Part shown: positions 41,901 to 50,594 of the stretch, piece by piece
How positions within the stretch are numbered: the first letter of the stretch is position 1
How the letters are laid out: each line of letters opens with the position of its first letter
Assembly: GCA_963748015.1 (NCBI GenBank)
Contig: CAVVHE010000004.1
Coordinates: 96,001-160,000, forward strand
Reading direction: 5' to 3'
Length of the DNA: 64,000 nt
DNA from: Terriglobia bacterium
GTDB lineage: Bacteria > Acidobacteriota > Polarisedimenticolia > Polarisedimenticolales > JAIQFR01
Made by a program: the position numbers and the translations under genes
The notes under the pieces: generated by a model
The model's input: the letters and a program-made list of their open reading frames with translations, nothing else
Told to the model about the DNA's origin: nothing
The model's database searches: none

Positions 41901-42389
41901 CACGCCCGGCGAGAGGGTGAACATGGCCGTGAAGTTGCGGCCGAGCGGCAGGTAGTCCACGAGGTTGTTCACGGAGACCGTCGCGCCCACCGCGGTGTTC
42001 TTCATGTCCACGATCGGCGCTTCGGACGTGACCGTGACGGTCTCGACCCTGCCGGCGCTCAGCTTGAACGGCACCTGGGTGCGCTTGTTGATGTTCACCG
42101 CAACGTCGCTCTGCACCACGGTGCCGAAGCCCGGCGCCTCGGCCTTCACCGTGTACGAGCCGGCCGTCAGGGACCGGATGCTGAACCGCCCCTCGGCGTC
42201 GGTCGTCGCGGTGCGCTGCCCCTGCGGACCCGTCGCCGAGACCGTTGCCTGGGCGACCGGGTTCCCCTTGTCGTCCTTGACGACTCCCTCGATGATCCCC
42301 GTGGTCAGCTCCTGCGCGAGCGTCAGCCCGCCCAGGATGCCGACCAAGAGGGCTGCGAGGGCGACACAACCCCTAGTCCATCTCCTCAT
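38997..42389 (-). CDS. TonB-dependent receptor, Oar-like, with N-terminal carboxypeptidase-regulatory-like domain
   Basis: Signal peptide, GIIEGVVKD...TTDAEGRF, plug ENSYLVDGVN...AEFGQATGGVVN, C-terminal LKWSF; AGGAGG RBS. Confidence 0.9.
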   Translation of the reverse strand: MRRWTRGCVALAALLVGILGGLTLAQELTTGIIEGVVKDDKGNPVAQATVSATGPQGQRTATTDAEGRFSIRSLTAGSYTVKAEAPGFGTVVQSDVAVNINKRTQVPFKLSAGRVETVTVTSEAPIVDMKNTAVGATVSVNNLVDYLPLGRNFTAMFTLSPGVVSGLGSGAGNYSISGSSGLENSYLVDGVNITNSGYGGIGSYNRVYGSLGSGVTNDFIDQVEVKEAGFEAEFGQATGGVVNAVVKSGGNKLSGQISVYGAPSSFEAEYKTVELFPDAIAATSAQRYDIGLSLGGPLMKDKLFWYAAYNPVESKTTFQRTGLDETALYYLDEEGNKVYYDPNQTTYGRTGERTRSNDNYALKFSWYMTPNHRLEATAFGDPSTGEYGIQRIGALRRSGEEGYSSLDYGGDNLSLKYAGALTPNFFVDAIIAQHKSKLKEKAQDLYMITNLDVPGGIDYGGLGFAPDTDETVDQYAIKLTYVIGNHEIKGGWQQDKVDYTESGKQTGPIYTMKLPIGVYDEASDSYLWNGEYLDQPSTTGAYLYESFNSAVGANTYKVQRSKTSPVEVQTHNTENNFFLQDTWSITPRWTLKLGVRYTSEYVAGGSPYVLPFAFVSDDTFVDPTGTTVYDPQAMTFPKEWAPRVGVTWDVRGDGRDKLYANYSKMVQRLTQDLAYRAFSNEVDISQNWLDKTLTTQQLDSDCPTVGGGSAPCQSMSIVGSSPTSVWQDTKLPYTEEYLLGYTREVTQNMSVDFRYVHRQIGRVIEDFSYVPQEAIANRYWGPYRFLNDEGIYPTFNPFPSYAVDAFGSYVLGNPSVNSGSAIAELGGPGYPDFPKPRRDYDAFEVIFNKRFSDNWVGWVSYRYGQLIGNYEGLLRNDNGQDDPNITSLYDFPDTPLMHGQFIAGPLNTDVKHNLKAYATYQFKNGLSAGAALNWSTGVPRFPQLVHPNDFYQLPGSGEVPGTDPVYASWYQRYDIATAEAVGDPFLVLSKGIGAAPTEYSTGDVADGQLVFDTYNAPDPLTDGAVDRPLVNARFGTTQFLYDYTTVKRDFSGRMPDFTTVDVHLSYNIKTGWKNSNLNLGFDMFNVFNTQEGDAFDDVLELNQAEANPNYGRATSYGNPRSARVSLKWSF

Positions 42390-42550
42390 GATTTCCTCCT
42401 GTCTATGGAAGCGAGAAGCCATCTCCGCGTTGCCGGAGCACCGACTTCCCCGCGGCGCACGCCGCAAAGAGTGGACGGTCTCAAGGTGCCTCCTCCTGGA
42501 ACCTGTAGACCTGGCCGATGGCAAACCGCCCCCGGCTGCCGCGGAATGCA

Positions 42551-42605
42551 GCAAGAAGCATTCCCCCCGCGCTCGAAGAGCGAGCCCTTCATGATCAATG
42601 AGTTA
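42551..42605 (-). promoter_or_regulatory. putative sigma-54 promoter with upstream IHF site for the TonB receptor
   Basis: Minus strand GGAATGCTTCTTGC (GG-N10-GC) at 42564-42551; GATCAATGAGTTA (near WATCAANNNNTTR) at 42593-42605. Confidence 0.5.
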
Positions 42606-42645
42606 GGCGGGCACAGCTCGCGGGCCGCGCCCGCATCGAGGCCAA

Positions 42646-44994
42646 CTATTTGGAGGAATCCAAGGGTTTGGATGGGCGGCCAACCCTCAGGGCCCTTTCT
42701 TGGTGCGACACGATCGAGGCACCTTTGTGGCTCGCGTCCACGCGGAGGGTGTACGAACCGTCGCCGACGCCGCTCAGATCGAGTCGCGTGACCGCGTCGA
42801 AGGCGCCTCGTTCGAGGGCCTTCTTGAAGTAGACCACCTGGGCGGGTGGGACGATCTCGCCGCTTCCGTCGGCGGGGACGAGAACGTACTCGAGGGACAG
42901 GCCGCTCGGGGCGCCCGTGGCCGGGTCGGTGACGACGTGGTAGACGCGGAAGAAGAGCGTGACCGGCTTCGCGGAATCGAGGATCGCCGACGAATCGCCG
43001 GCGACCCGCCAACCGTTGGCGAGCTTGAACGGGTCGTCCCCCGGACGGTCGGAACCGGCGTCTCCGGCGTCGCTCGCCGTGAACACGTCCGCGACGAGCG
43101 GCGGCAGCCGGGTGGTCTCGCCCGACACCATGAGGCCGGAGACCCGGAGGCCGCTCGACGCGAAATCGGGGACGCTGGTCGCGCCGTTCCAGCTCGCCTC
43201 GACGTCGAGGCCGTTCAACCTCATCCAGGCTTCGACCTCGTAGCGGCCGGGAGCGAGCTCGATCGCTTCCGTCAGCCGGAGCCCGTCACGGAGGGCCTCC
43301 TGCATCTCCGGCTTCCCCGAGATCCGGTAGGAGCGCTCCTTCCGCGCGATCTCGAGCCCCCCGGCCCGAGCGACGATTCTCGTGGAGACGTCGAGCGACG
43401 TCCCGCCGCCCGACGCGATCGGGTTCACCCTGCCCAAGAGGAGCAGCGGCAGGCTCAGGAGCCCCTTCCCCTCTCGGCCGGAAAAGGCCACGGGCACGCA
43501 GAGGAGACGGACACCTTCCTCGCCGCGCGCGGGGGCCGCGGCGGGCCGGCTCGCCGCGCGCGCGGGAACGGCCGCGGCGGAATCCGGAGCGGGAGCGTCC
43601 TTCGACCAATCGTAGCGGCCGCGCCGGGCGAGGATGCGGACGCCGGGGCGGCTCACGGAGACGTCGATCGCGCGATATCGCTCGCGGCGGGGGCGCGCGG
43701 CCGCGCCCGCCGCCCCTTCGAGCTCCGGCGGCCGCCACCCGATCAGGTAGTAGTGGCGCGTGTCGTCGTCCATCGCCTCGAGCGATCGCCGGTAATCGCG
43801 CCCTCCGACGAACCGGCCGCCGGACTCGTTGGAGAGGACCGCGACGATCTGGTTCTGCGCCGAGACCGAATTGCCCCCCGGCCCCATGCCCCGTCCCATC
43901 TGCTCGAGGAAGTCGGCCGGCAGTCCGAGCTGGTCCGCGATGGATCCATCGCTCGCGCCCGCGGACGCGTCGCCGAGGACCTTTTCCTCGCCGATGTCCA
44001 TCCCGTAGATGGACACCCTCGCCCGCTCGAGCGCGCGGATCGCTTTCCGGAACTCCAGGGTGAAGCCCATGTCCGCGGCTTCATCCCGGGACGGAGCCAT
44101 CGGGAAGCCTCCGGAGAAAAGAACGAGCGTCTTGCGGCCGGGAACGGACTCGAGCGTTTCGGCGAGGGACTGGAGGCCGATGTAGAACTCCCGCCTCGAT
44201 GCCGCGTTCTGGCTGGCGCCGAATTGCGCCTGCGTGAGCAACCGGTTCTGGATGTCGGCGCTCGAGCCGATCAGCCCGGTTCGCAGCGCGTTGTCGGTGA
44301 TCTGGTCGCCGAGCGATTCCCCGCCGAAGTACCGGATCTGCTCGAGCGCCTCGTCGAGGCCCCCGGGGTCCGACGTGAAGAAGGTGATCGCGCGGAGGAA
44401 CGGGGACATCTCGTACACCGCCGCGGAGTCGGTCGGCCCCATGCGCGTGCGGAGGAACTCCTTGGCGGCGCGGCGCGCCTGCACGAGGCGGAGTGCCGAG
44501 GTGTTGTTGTAGCCGTCGAAGACCAGCACGAACCGGCGCTGGCTCTCCTGTCGCTTGGCGATTCCCCGAGGTGCCGCCGCCGTCTTCGGAGCTTCCGCCG
44601 GCGGCCGGTCGGGTGAGGCGGCTGGGGGAGGGGAGGACGGGCCGGCTTCCGTCTTCGCGGCGGCTTCCGGAATGGGCGAGCCCACGAGATCGATCTCGTC
44701 GAAGCTCTCGATCGGCACGACCTGGCCGTCCTCCTTGACCGTGAACTCCTCCCGCTTCAACCCCCTCACGTGCCGTCCCGCGCGGTCCACGGGGACCGCC
44801 TCGATCAGCACGAGCGACACGGTGACCTTCTCGGTGAGCCCCGTCGAAACCACCGGCGCTCCGGGCTTGGGCGGCGCGGGATCGGGAGGCAGGGGGGCCG
44901 CCGGCGCGAGCAGGGGCGGGGCAAGAAGGAGCAGCAGGAGGAGGAGCGGCGCGCCTCGCTTCGGGCCACCGTTCTCCGGCCGAGCCCGCGTCAT
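42646..44994 (-). CDS. VWA domain-containing exported protein (Acidobacterial type)
   Basis: Signal/Pro-rich N-terminus, VRGLKREEFTVKEDG, GRKTLVLFSGG, ESGGR, YYLIGW, VRILARRG. Confidence 0.85.
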   Translation of the reverse strand: MTRARPENGGPKRGAPLLLLLLLLAPPLLAPAAPLPPDPAPPKPGAPVVSTGLTEKVTVSLVLIEAVPVDRAGRHVRGLKREEFTVKEDGQVVPIESFDEIDLVGSPIPEAAAKTEAGPSSPPPAASPDRPPAEAPKTAAAPRGIAKRQESQRRFVLVFDGYNNTSALRLVQARRAAKEFLRTRMGPTDSAAVYEMSPFLRAITFFTSDPGGLDEALEQIRYFGGESLGDQITDNALRTGLIGSSADIQNRLLTQAQFGASQNAASRREFYIGLQSLAETLESVPGRKTLVLFSGGFPMAPSRDEAADMGFTLEFRKAIRALERARVSIYGMDIGEEKVLGDASAGASDGSIADQLGLPADFLEQMGRGMGPGGNSVSAQNQIVAVLSNESGGRFVGGRDYRRSLEAMDDDTRHYYLIGWRPPELEGAAGAAARPRRERYRAIDVSVSRPGVRILARRGRYDWSKDAPAPDSAAAVPARAASRPAAAPARGEEGVRLLCVPVAFSGREGKGLLSLPLLLLGRVNPIASGGGTSLDVSTRIVARAGGLEIARKERSYRISGKPEMQEALRDGLRLTEAIELAPGRYEVEAWMRLNGLDVEASWNGATSVPDFASSGLRVSGLMVSGETTRLPPLVADVFTASDAGDAGSDRPGDDPFKLANGWRVAGDSSAILDSAKPVTLFFRVYHVVTDPATGAPSGLSLEYVLVPADGSGEIVPPAQVVYFKKALERGAFDAVTRLDLSGVGDGSYTLRVDASHKGASIVSHQERALRVGRPSKPLDSSK

Positions 44995-45019
44995 CGCTTC
45001 CCGCTCCCCGCCCCCGAGG

Positions 45020-46231
45020 TCATTTCTTGGAGATCTTCTTGATGATTTCCTTCACTTCGGCGGCGTCCGGCGCTCCGGGGGCGATCTCGAGATAGCGTTG
45101 CAGCTCCTCGAGCGCCTTGTCGTGCTGGCCGAGGTTGACCATGCAGTAGCCGAGCTGCCGGTGCGCGTCGGGCAGCTTGGGGTCGAGCTCGATCGCGCGG
45201 GCGAAGGCTCCGGCCGCGGCGGCCGCGTTTCCCTTGTTCCAGGCCTGGACCCCGATGTTGAACTGGATCGCCGGGTCGTTCTTCACGCTCTCGGGAGCCG
45301 CCGCGAGCAGCGACTTGACCTCGTCGTCCTTCCCCTGCCGCAGGTACACCTCGAGGAGCTGCGTGAACGCGACGTCGTTGGCCGGGTCCACCTCGATGAC
45401 CTTGCGAAGGGCCTGCACCCGCTCGTCCTCCCGGTTCATCTTCTTCGCCAGCATCGCGACCCGCACGTACGCGTCGCGCTTCAAGGAGCTGTCCTGGGCC
45501 GACTCCGCCTCCTTGCGGTAGTCCGCCAGCGCGGCTTCGTTGTCGCCCTTCTTCTCGAGAATCACCCCTCGCAGCAGGTGGGCGCCCGGGAAGGCGTCGT
45601 CCAGGGAGATGGCCTTGTCGATCTCGGTTCCGGCCTCCGCGTCCTTACCGTCCTGGAAGTCGAGGAATGCGGCGAGGTAGAGAAGCCGCGCGTCGTTGGG
45701 GGTGATCTCGAGGGTGCGGGCGATCTCGTTGCGGGCCTTCGCGCCGTCTCCCTTCTGGACGAGCCCCACCAGGTCACCGGTGCCCATCACGGCGAGCCCG
45801 GTTCCGAATTCACCGGCGCCGGCCGACGACGGCGCCAAGGTGAAGTCGTACGTCACGGTGTCGGTGTCGCCGACCGAGAGATCGGGCATCTTGCTGCCGG
45901 GCTGCACGGGGCCCTTGAACTCGAACTTCTTCCTGTTTTCCTTGTCGCGGACGAGGATGTCCACCGCCGACACGCGGAACCCCTGCGCCGTCACGTGGAC
46001 GGTGTAGTCGCCTCCGCTCACCATGCCGAAGAAGTACTGCCCCTTCTTCTTCGTCCTGGCCTCGAGCGCCGGCTCTCCGGGCTCGACGGGCTCGAGTTTG
46101 ACGAGGACGTCGTTCGCGGGCTCTCCGGCCGCGTTGACGGCCTTGCCCGAGACGCGAGTGGCCGCGAAGACCAGGGAGCCCGTGCCGAGAAGGGTGAGGA
46201 GCACGGCGAGTTGCAGGGCGCGCTTCAGCAT
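45020..46231 (-). CDS. exported TPR protein with N-terminal carboxypeptidase-regulatory-like domain
   Basis: Signal peptide, TKKKGQY...YTVHVTAQGF, several TPRs ending YLEIAP. Confidence 0.85.
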   Translation of the reverse strand: MLKRALQLAVLLTLLGTGSLVFAATRVSGKAVNAAGEPANDVLVKLEPVEPGEPALEARTKKKGQYFFGMVSGGDYTVHVTAQGFRVSAVDILVRDKENRKKFEFKGPVQPGSKMPDLSVGDTDTVTYDFTLAPSSAGAGEFGTGLAVMGTGDLVGLVQKGDGAKARNEIARTLEITPNDARLLYLAAFLDFQDGKDAEAGTEIDKAISLDDAFPGAHLLRGVILEKKGDNEAALADYRKEAESAQDSSLKRDAYVRVAMLAKKMNREDERVQALRKVIEVDPANDVAFTQLLEVYLRQGKDDEVKSLLAAAPESVKNDPAIQFNIGVQAWNKGNAAAAAGAFARAIELDPKLPDAHRQLGYCMVNLGQHDKALEELQRYLEIAPGAPDAAEVKEIIKKISKK

Positions 46232-46422
46232 CGGTTCACCTCTTTCGGTTCGTCCGCGGATGGGACTCCGCGGCGCTGTCGTTGCGGGCCGGGCGCGGCT
46301 CTCTCAGCATGCCGAAACCCTCCGAAGCCTCGATCATCAGGTTAGCACATCGTCCGCCCGGGAATCGGCCGGCGCGGACGGCGGGGCGCGGCCACCGACC
46401 GATTTCTGCTAGCATCCTCCAC

Positions 46423-48267
46423 ATGGCGAGTTTCCGCAGATTCCTGCGGTACATGAAGCCCTACCTGGGCCGGACGATCGCGGCGACCCTGATGCTCGCG
46501 GTGGCGGGCGGGCTGATGTCCCTCGTGGTGGCGACCGTCAAGCCGCTGGTGAAGGACGTTCTCATGCCGGCGGTGGCGGAGAAGGCGCCCGTGCCGCCCT
46601 CGGCGTCCGCGCCGCCGGCGGACGTCGGGCGCGACTTCCTGGAGCGAGCGAAAACGTCGCTGGGGACCGAGCGGTTCTCGTCATGGATGAAGGACCGCCC
46701 CTACGTCAAGGTGCCGGTCATCCTCGTCCTCGTGTTCTGCCTGCGCGCGGTGTTCCTCTATTTCGGCGGCTACCTGACGAACAAGGTCGGGGCGTCGGTG
46801 ATCCGCGACCTCAGGGCGGACCTCTATTCCTCGGTGACCTTCCAGTCGCTCAAGTTCTTCCAGGCGAATCCCACGGGCCTCGTCCTCTCGCGGATCCTCC
46901 ACGACGTCGGCCACCTCCAGAGGGTCACGACGTTCGTCCTCTCCAACCTCTTCCAGCTCGGGACGCAGGTGCCCTTCGTCCTGATCGTGATGTTCTTCTT
47001 CGACTGGAAGATGTCGATCTACGTTCTGGGGGTGCTCGCGCTGCTCGCGTACCCGACGATGCGCCTGGGAAAGCGGATGCGCCGCGCTTCGAAGCGCTCG
47101 CAGGAGAGCATGGCCGAGGCGGCGAGCCTGGTCGCCGAGGCCGTGACCGGCGCCAAGGTGGTGCAGGGGTTCGCCATGGAGCGGTTCGAGATCGCCCGCT
47201 TCCGGGCGGCGCTCGAGAGGATGCTCAAGGCGGATCTCAAGGGCGGGCGGGCGTCGGCGCTCGCGCCGGCGGTCACGGAGTTCGTGGCCGCCTTCGCCTG
47301 CGGCGCCTTCTTCTACGTGGCGGGGCTCAAGATCCACCAGGGGAGGCTCGACGCGGGCAACTTCGCGGTCGTCGTGACCGGCCTGGGCATCCTCCTGGCC
47401 TCCATCCGGCGTTTCCAGACCCTGAACGCGGAGCTGCAGCAGGCGTTCGCCGCGGCGACCCGCGTGTTCGACATGATGGACCGCGAGCGGGACATCCGTG
47501 ACGCCCACGGTGCTACGCCGCTGCCGCCGTTCCGGAGCGAGATCCGGTTCGACGACGTGGACTTCGCGTACGAGGACGAGAAGGTCCTCGAGCGGATCCG
47601 CCTCACGTTCAGGAAGGGCGAGGTCGTCGCGCTGGTCGGGGAATCCGGGTCCGGGAAGTCCACGATAGCGAATCTCGTCCCGAGGTTCTACGATCCGACC
47701 GCCGGGCGGATCCTGGTGGACGGCGTGGACATCCGGGAGGCGACGCTCGCGTCCCTGAGGTCCCAGATCGGCCTCGTCACGCAGGAAACCGTCCTGTTCG
47801 ACGACACCGTCCGCAACAACGTCGCCTACGGGCGGGCCGACGTGCCGATCGAGCGGGTGATCGAGGCGGCGCGCGCCGCCCACGCCCACGAGTTCATCGA
47901 GGCCCTCCCTCTAGGGTACGACACGGTGCTCGGCGAGCGAGGGACGAGGCTGTCGATGGGGCAGCGGCAGCGGATCACGATCGCGCGCGCGCTTCTCAAG
48001 GATCCGCCGATCCTGATCCTCGACGAGGCCACCTCGGCCCTCGATTCCGAATCGGAGATGCTCGTCCAGACCGCTCTCGAAGTGCTCATGCGGGGGAGGA
48101 CCAGCATCGTCATCGCCCACCGCCTGTCCACCATCCGCAGGGCGGACCGGATCGTGGTGATGGACGCCGGGAGGGTGGTCGAGGAGGGGACTCACGGCGA
48201 GCTCCTCGCCCGCGGCGGCGCCTACGCGCGCCTCCACGCCCTCCAGTTCCGGGACGCGCCGCCTTGA
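46423..48267 (+). CDS. msbA: MsbA-like lipid A/lipid export ABC transporter (TMD-NBD fusion)
   Basis: N-terminal TM domain, GESGSGKST, LSMGQRQR, LILDEATSALD; located among lipid A-related genes. Confidence 0.8.
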   Translation: MASFRRFLRYMKPYLGRTIAATLMLAVAGGLMSLVVATVKPLVKDVLMPAVAEKAPVPPSASAPPADVGRDFLERAKTSLGTERFSSWMKDRPYVKVPVILVLVFCLRAVFLYFGGYLTNKVGASVIRDLRADLYSSVTFQSLKFFQANPTGLVLSRILHDVGHLQRVTTFVLSNLFQLGTQVPFVLIVMFFFDWKMSIYVLGVLALLAYPTMRLGKRMRRASKRSQESMAEAASLVAEAVTGAKVVQGFAMERFEIARFRAALERMLKADLKGGRASALAPAVTEFVAAFACGAFFYVAGLKIHQGRLDAGNFAVVVTGLGILLASIRRFQTLNAELQQAFAAATRVFDMMDRERDIRDAHGATPLPPFRSEIRFDDVDFAYEDEKVLERIRLTFRKGEVVALVGESGSGKSTIANLVPRFYDPTAGRILVDGVDIREATLASLRSQIGLVTQETVLFDDTVRNNVAYGRADVPIERVIEAARAAHAHEFIEALPLGYDTVLGERGTRLSMGQRQRITIARALLKDPPILILDEATSALDSESEMLVQTALEVLMRGRTSIVIAHRLSTIRRADRIVVMDAGRVVEEGTHGELLARGGAYARLHALQFRDAPP

Positions 48268-49883
48268 CCCTGCTCCCCCCGGGACGCGCGGAGGTCCGAC
48301 GGGACCTCGTGGCCCTCGGGTTAGGGGCGGCGGTCCTCTTCTTCGTCTCGCTCGGCGCGCGCGATCTCTGGCAGCCGAACGAGCCCACTTACGGGCAGGC
48401 GGTCGCGGAGATGTCCCGCTCGGGGGACTGGATCGTCCCGACGGTCAACGGGCGGGTGTTCGCCGAGAAGCCGGTGCTGTACTACTGGATGGCCCTGGTC
48501 TCGGGGGCCGTTCTCGGCGGTGTCTCCGAGCTCTCGCTCCGCGTGCCAGCGGCCGCGTCCGGCGTGCTCGGCGTCCTGCTGACCTACCTTCTCGTGCTCC
48601 CCTACGCCGGCCGGAACAGGGCGCGACTGGCCGCGGCGATTCTCGCCACCACCTACGGCGTCTTCTGGAACTCCCGCGCGGTGCAGATGGACATCCTGGT
48701 CGTGGTGTCCACGCTGGCGGCGGTACTCGCCGTCGTCCGGGTGGCGGACCACGGCGCTCCGCCGCTCCGGGGGTTCGCGATCGCGGGCCTCGCGGCGGGA
48801 CTCGGATTCCTGGGCAAGGGGCCCGTGAGCTGGATCTGCCCGGCGATCGTGCTCGTCCCGTACCTCGCCGCGAGCGGCAGGCTTTCCCTCCTTCGCTCGC
48901 GCGCGGCCGCCGCCGGGGCCGCGCTCTGCCTCGCCGTGGCGGTCCCGTGGGTGTTGGCACTCCTCGCCCGCGGCGAGGCGGGGTTCCTCCGCGAGATGCT
49001 CTTCCGCCAGAACGTGACGCGGTTTCTCGCGGCATGGGATCACCAAGCGCCCCCCTGGTACTACCTCTGGAACTTCTGGATCGACATGATGCCGTGGGGC
49101 TGGTTCCTTCCCATCGCCGCTCTCCTTCCGGGACGGGACCGGGAGGAGCGGCGCCTCGACCTGCTCGCGTGGATCTGGATCGGCGCGACGATCGTGTTCT
49201 TCTCGCTGTCGGAGAGCAAGCGGAGCGTGTACATCCTTCCCGTCGCCCCGGCCGTCGCCGTTCTCGTCGCGGGTGTCGGATCGAGGCTCGCGGACGGCAC
49301 GCTTCCGCGAGCGAGACGGATCGCGGCCCTCGCCCTCCTGGCGGTGAGCGGCGCGCTCGCGGCCGCCGGGGGGGGGGCGGTCCTGTTTCGCCTGGTTCCG
49401 CGCTACCCGGAAGCCGCCGTCGAGGCGAGGATGCTGGGGTGGCTGCTCGTCGCCGGGGGCGCGGCGATCCTCGTGGCGTTCCTTGGCCCGTCCAGGGTCC
49501 GGACCACGGCCCCGGCCGCGCTTCTCTCCCTGGTGCTCTCCCTCGAGCTGCTCGCGGCGGTCGCCCTTCTTCCGGCCGCGAACCGCTACAAGTCCGCGCG
49601 GGCCTTCTGCGAGCAGGTGACCGCGCGCGTGTCGGAGGCGGAGCCCCTCGCCTCGTACCGCTTCTGGACGTGGAGGGCGAGTTACGCCTTCTACACGCGC
49701 CGCGCGATCCTCAACCTCGAGTCGCCGGAAGAGCTGGCCTCGTTCGCCGCCGCGCGCCCCTCGTCGTTCGTGATCGTCGAGGACGACGGTCTGGCGGAGG
49801 CGGAGCGGGTCCTCGGGAGCCGCGAGCCTCTCCTCAAGGCCGGCATCGGCGGCACGACCGCCTACCTCCTGCCCTGCCGTTGA
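48264..49883 (+). CDS. ArnT/PMT-family (GT-C) glycosyltransferase
   Basis: LWQPNEPTY, EKPVLYYW, LGKGP, DHQAPPWYY, SKRSVYILP; many TM helices. Confidence 0.88.
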   Translation: MTLLPPGRAEVRRDLVALGLGAAVLFFVSLGARDLWQPNEPTYGQAVAEMSRSGDWIVPTVNGRVFAEKPVLYYWMALVSGAVLGGVSELSLRVPAAASGVLGVLLTYLLVLPYAGRNRARLAAAILATTYGVFWNSRAVQMDILVVVSTLAAVLAVVRVADHGAPPLRGFAIAGLAAGLGFLGKGPVSWICPAIVLVPYLAASGRLSLLRSRAAAAGAALCLAVAVPWVLALLARGEAGFLREMLFRQNVTRFLAAWDHQAPPWYYLWNFWIDMMPWGWFLPIAALLPGRDREERRLDLLAWIWIGATIVFFSLSESKRSVYILPVAPAVAVLVAGVGSRLADGTLPRARRIAALALLAVSGALAAAGGGAVLFRLVPRYPEAAVEARMLGWLLVAGGAAILVAFLGPSRVRTTAPAALLSLVLSLELLAAVALLPAANRYKSARAFCEQVTARVSEAEPLASYRFWTWRASYAFYTRRAILNLESPEELASFAAARPSSFVIVEDDGLAEAERVLGSREPLLKAGIGGTTAYLLPCR

Positions 49884-49895
49884 GGCGAGCCGGCG

Positions 49896-50534
49896 TCAGC
49901 GGGCGGGAGCGCTCACGGCTGCGGGCGGCGCCTCCGCGGCGGCGTCCTCGCGCAGCGCGTCTCCCTCGAGCGCGTAGGCCCGCCAGAGCATCGTCAGCGA
50001 GATCAGGAGGACGCCGACCACCATCCAGTGCTCGCGGTTCCGCAGCATGCGGTCCGACGACCAGCCGGCGGAGGCTCCTTCGGGATAGGGGTGCAGCATC
50101 GGGAACAGGGCGGGAACGGCCCGGTAGTAGCGCTCGAACGCCTCTCCGTGCTTCTCGCGCAGGCGCGCCGGCTCGACGCGCTCCTTGCGCCTGAGGTAGG
50201 AGCCGAAGAACACGGCGCACCCCGCCGCAAGGACGATCCATTGGGCGCCGTAGGGAAGTCTCGCCATGACGCAGAGGCCCGCGAAGATCAGGAGCCGGCC
50301 GAGGTAGAGAGGGTTCCGCGTGAACCGGTACGGCCCCGAGGTGACCAGCTCCTCGGTCTTGAGGAGATGCCCCGCGGCCCAGAAGCGAATCGCCTCGCCG
50401 ACGAGCATCACGCCGAATCCCACGGTCACCGACAGGGGGGTCGGTCTCGAGAGCGCCGCCATCAGTCCGACGAGGAGGTACACCGACGCGAGGCGCGAGA
50501 GGTAGAGCATGCGATGAAACGGCCGCTTTCCCAA
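49896..50534 (-). CDS. isoprenylcysteine carboxylmethyltransferase/PEMT family membrane methyltransferase
   Basis: IRFWAAG, LVTSGPYRFTRNPLYLG, YYRAVP; TTG start chosen from GAGGAGG RBS (alternatives 50567, 50510). Confidence 0.85.
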   Translation of the reverse strand: MGKRPFHRMLYLSRLASVYLLVGLMAALSRPTPLSVTVGFGVMLVGEAIRFWAAGHLLKTEELVTSGPYRFTRNPLYLGRLLIFAGLCVMARLPYGAQWIVLAAGCAVFFGSYLRRKERVEPARLREKHGEAFERYYRAVPALFPMLHPYPEGASAGWSSDRMLRNREHWMVVGVLLISLTMLWRAYALEGDALREDAAAEAPPAAVSAPAR

Positions 50535-50594
50535 TCGTCGAGCCTCCTCGTGACCCGCGGGGAGCATAACCCACGCGGGGCCCTTCGTGCTCTT

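Noticed and set aside
38751..42791. 1346-aa plus-strand ORF and other long antisense or alternate-frame ORFs throughout
   Set aside because: Antisense shadows of real genes, expected in high-GC DNA; no motifs and biased composition.
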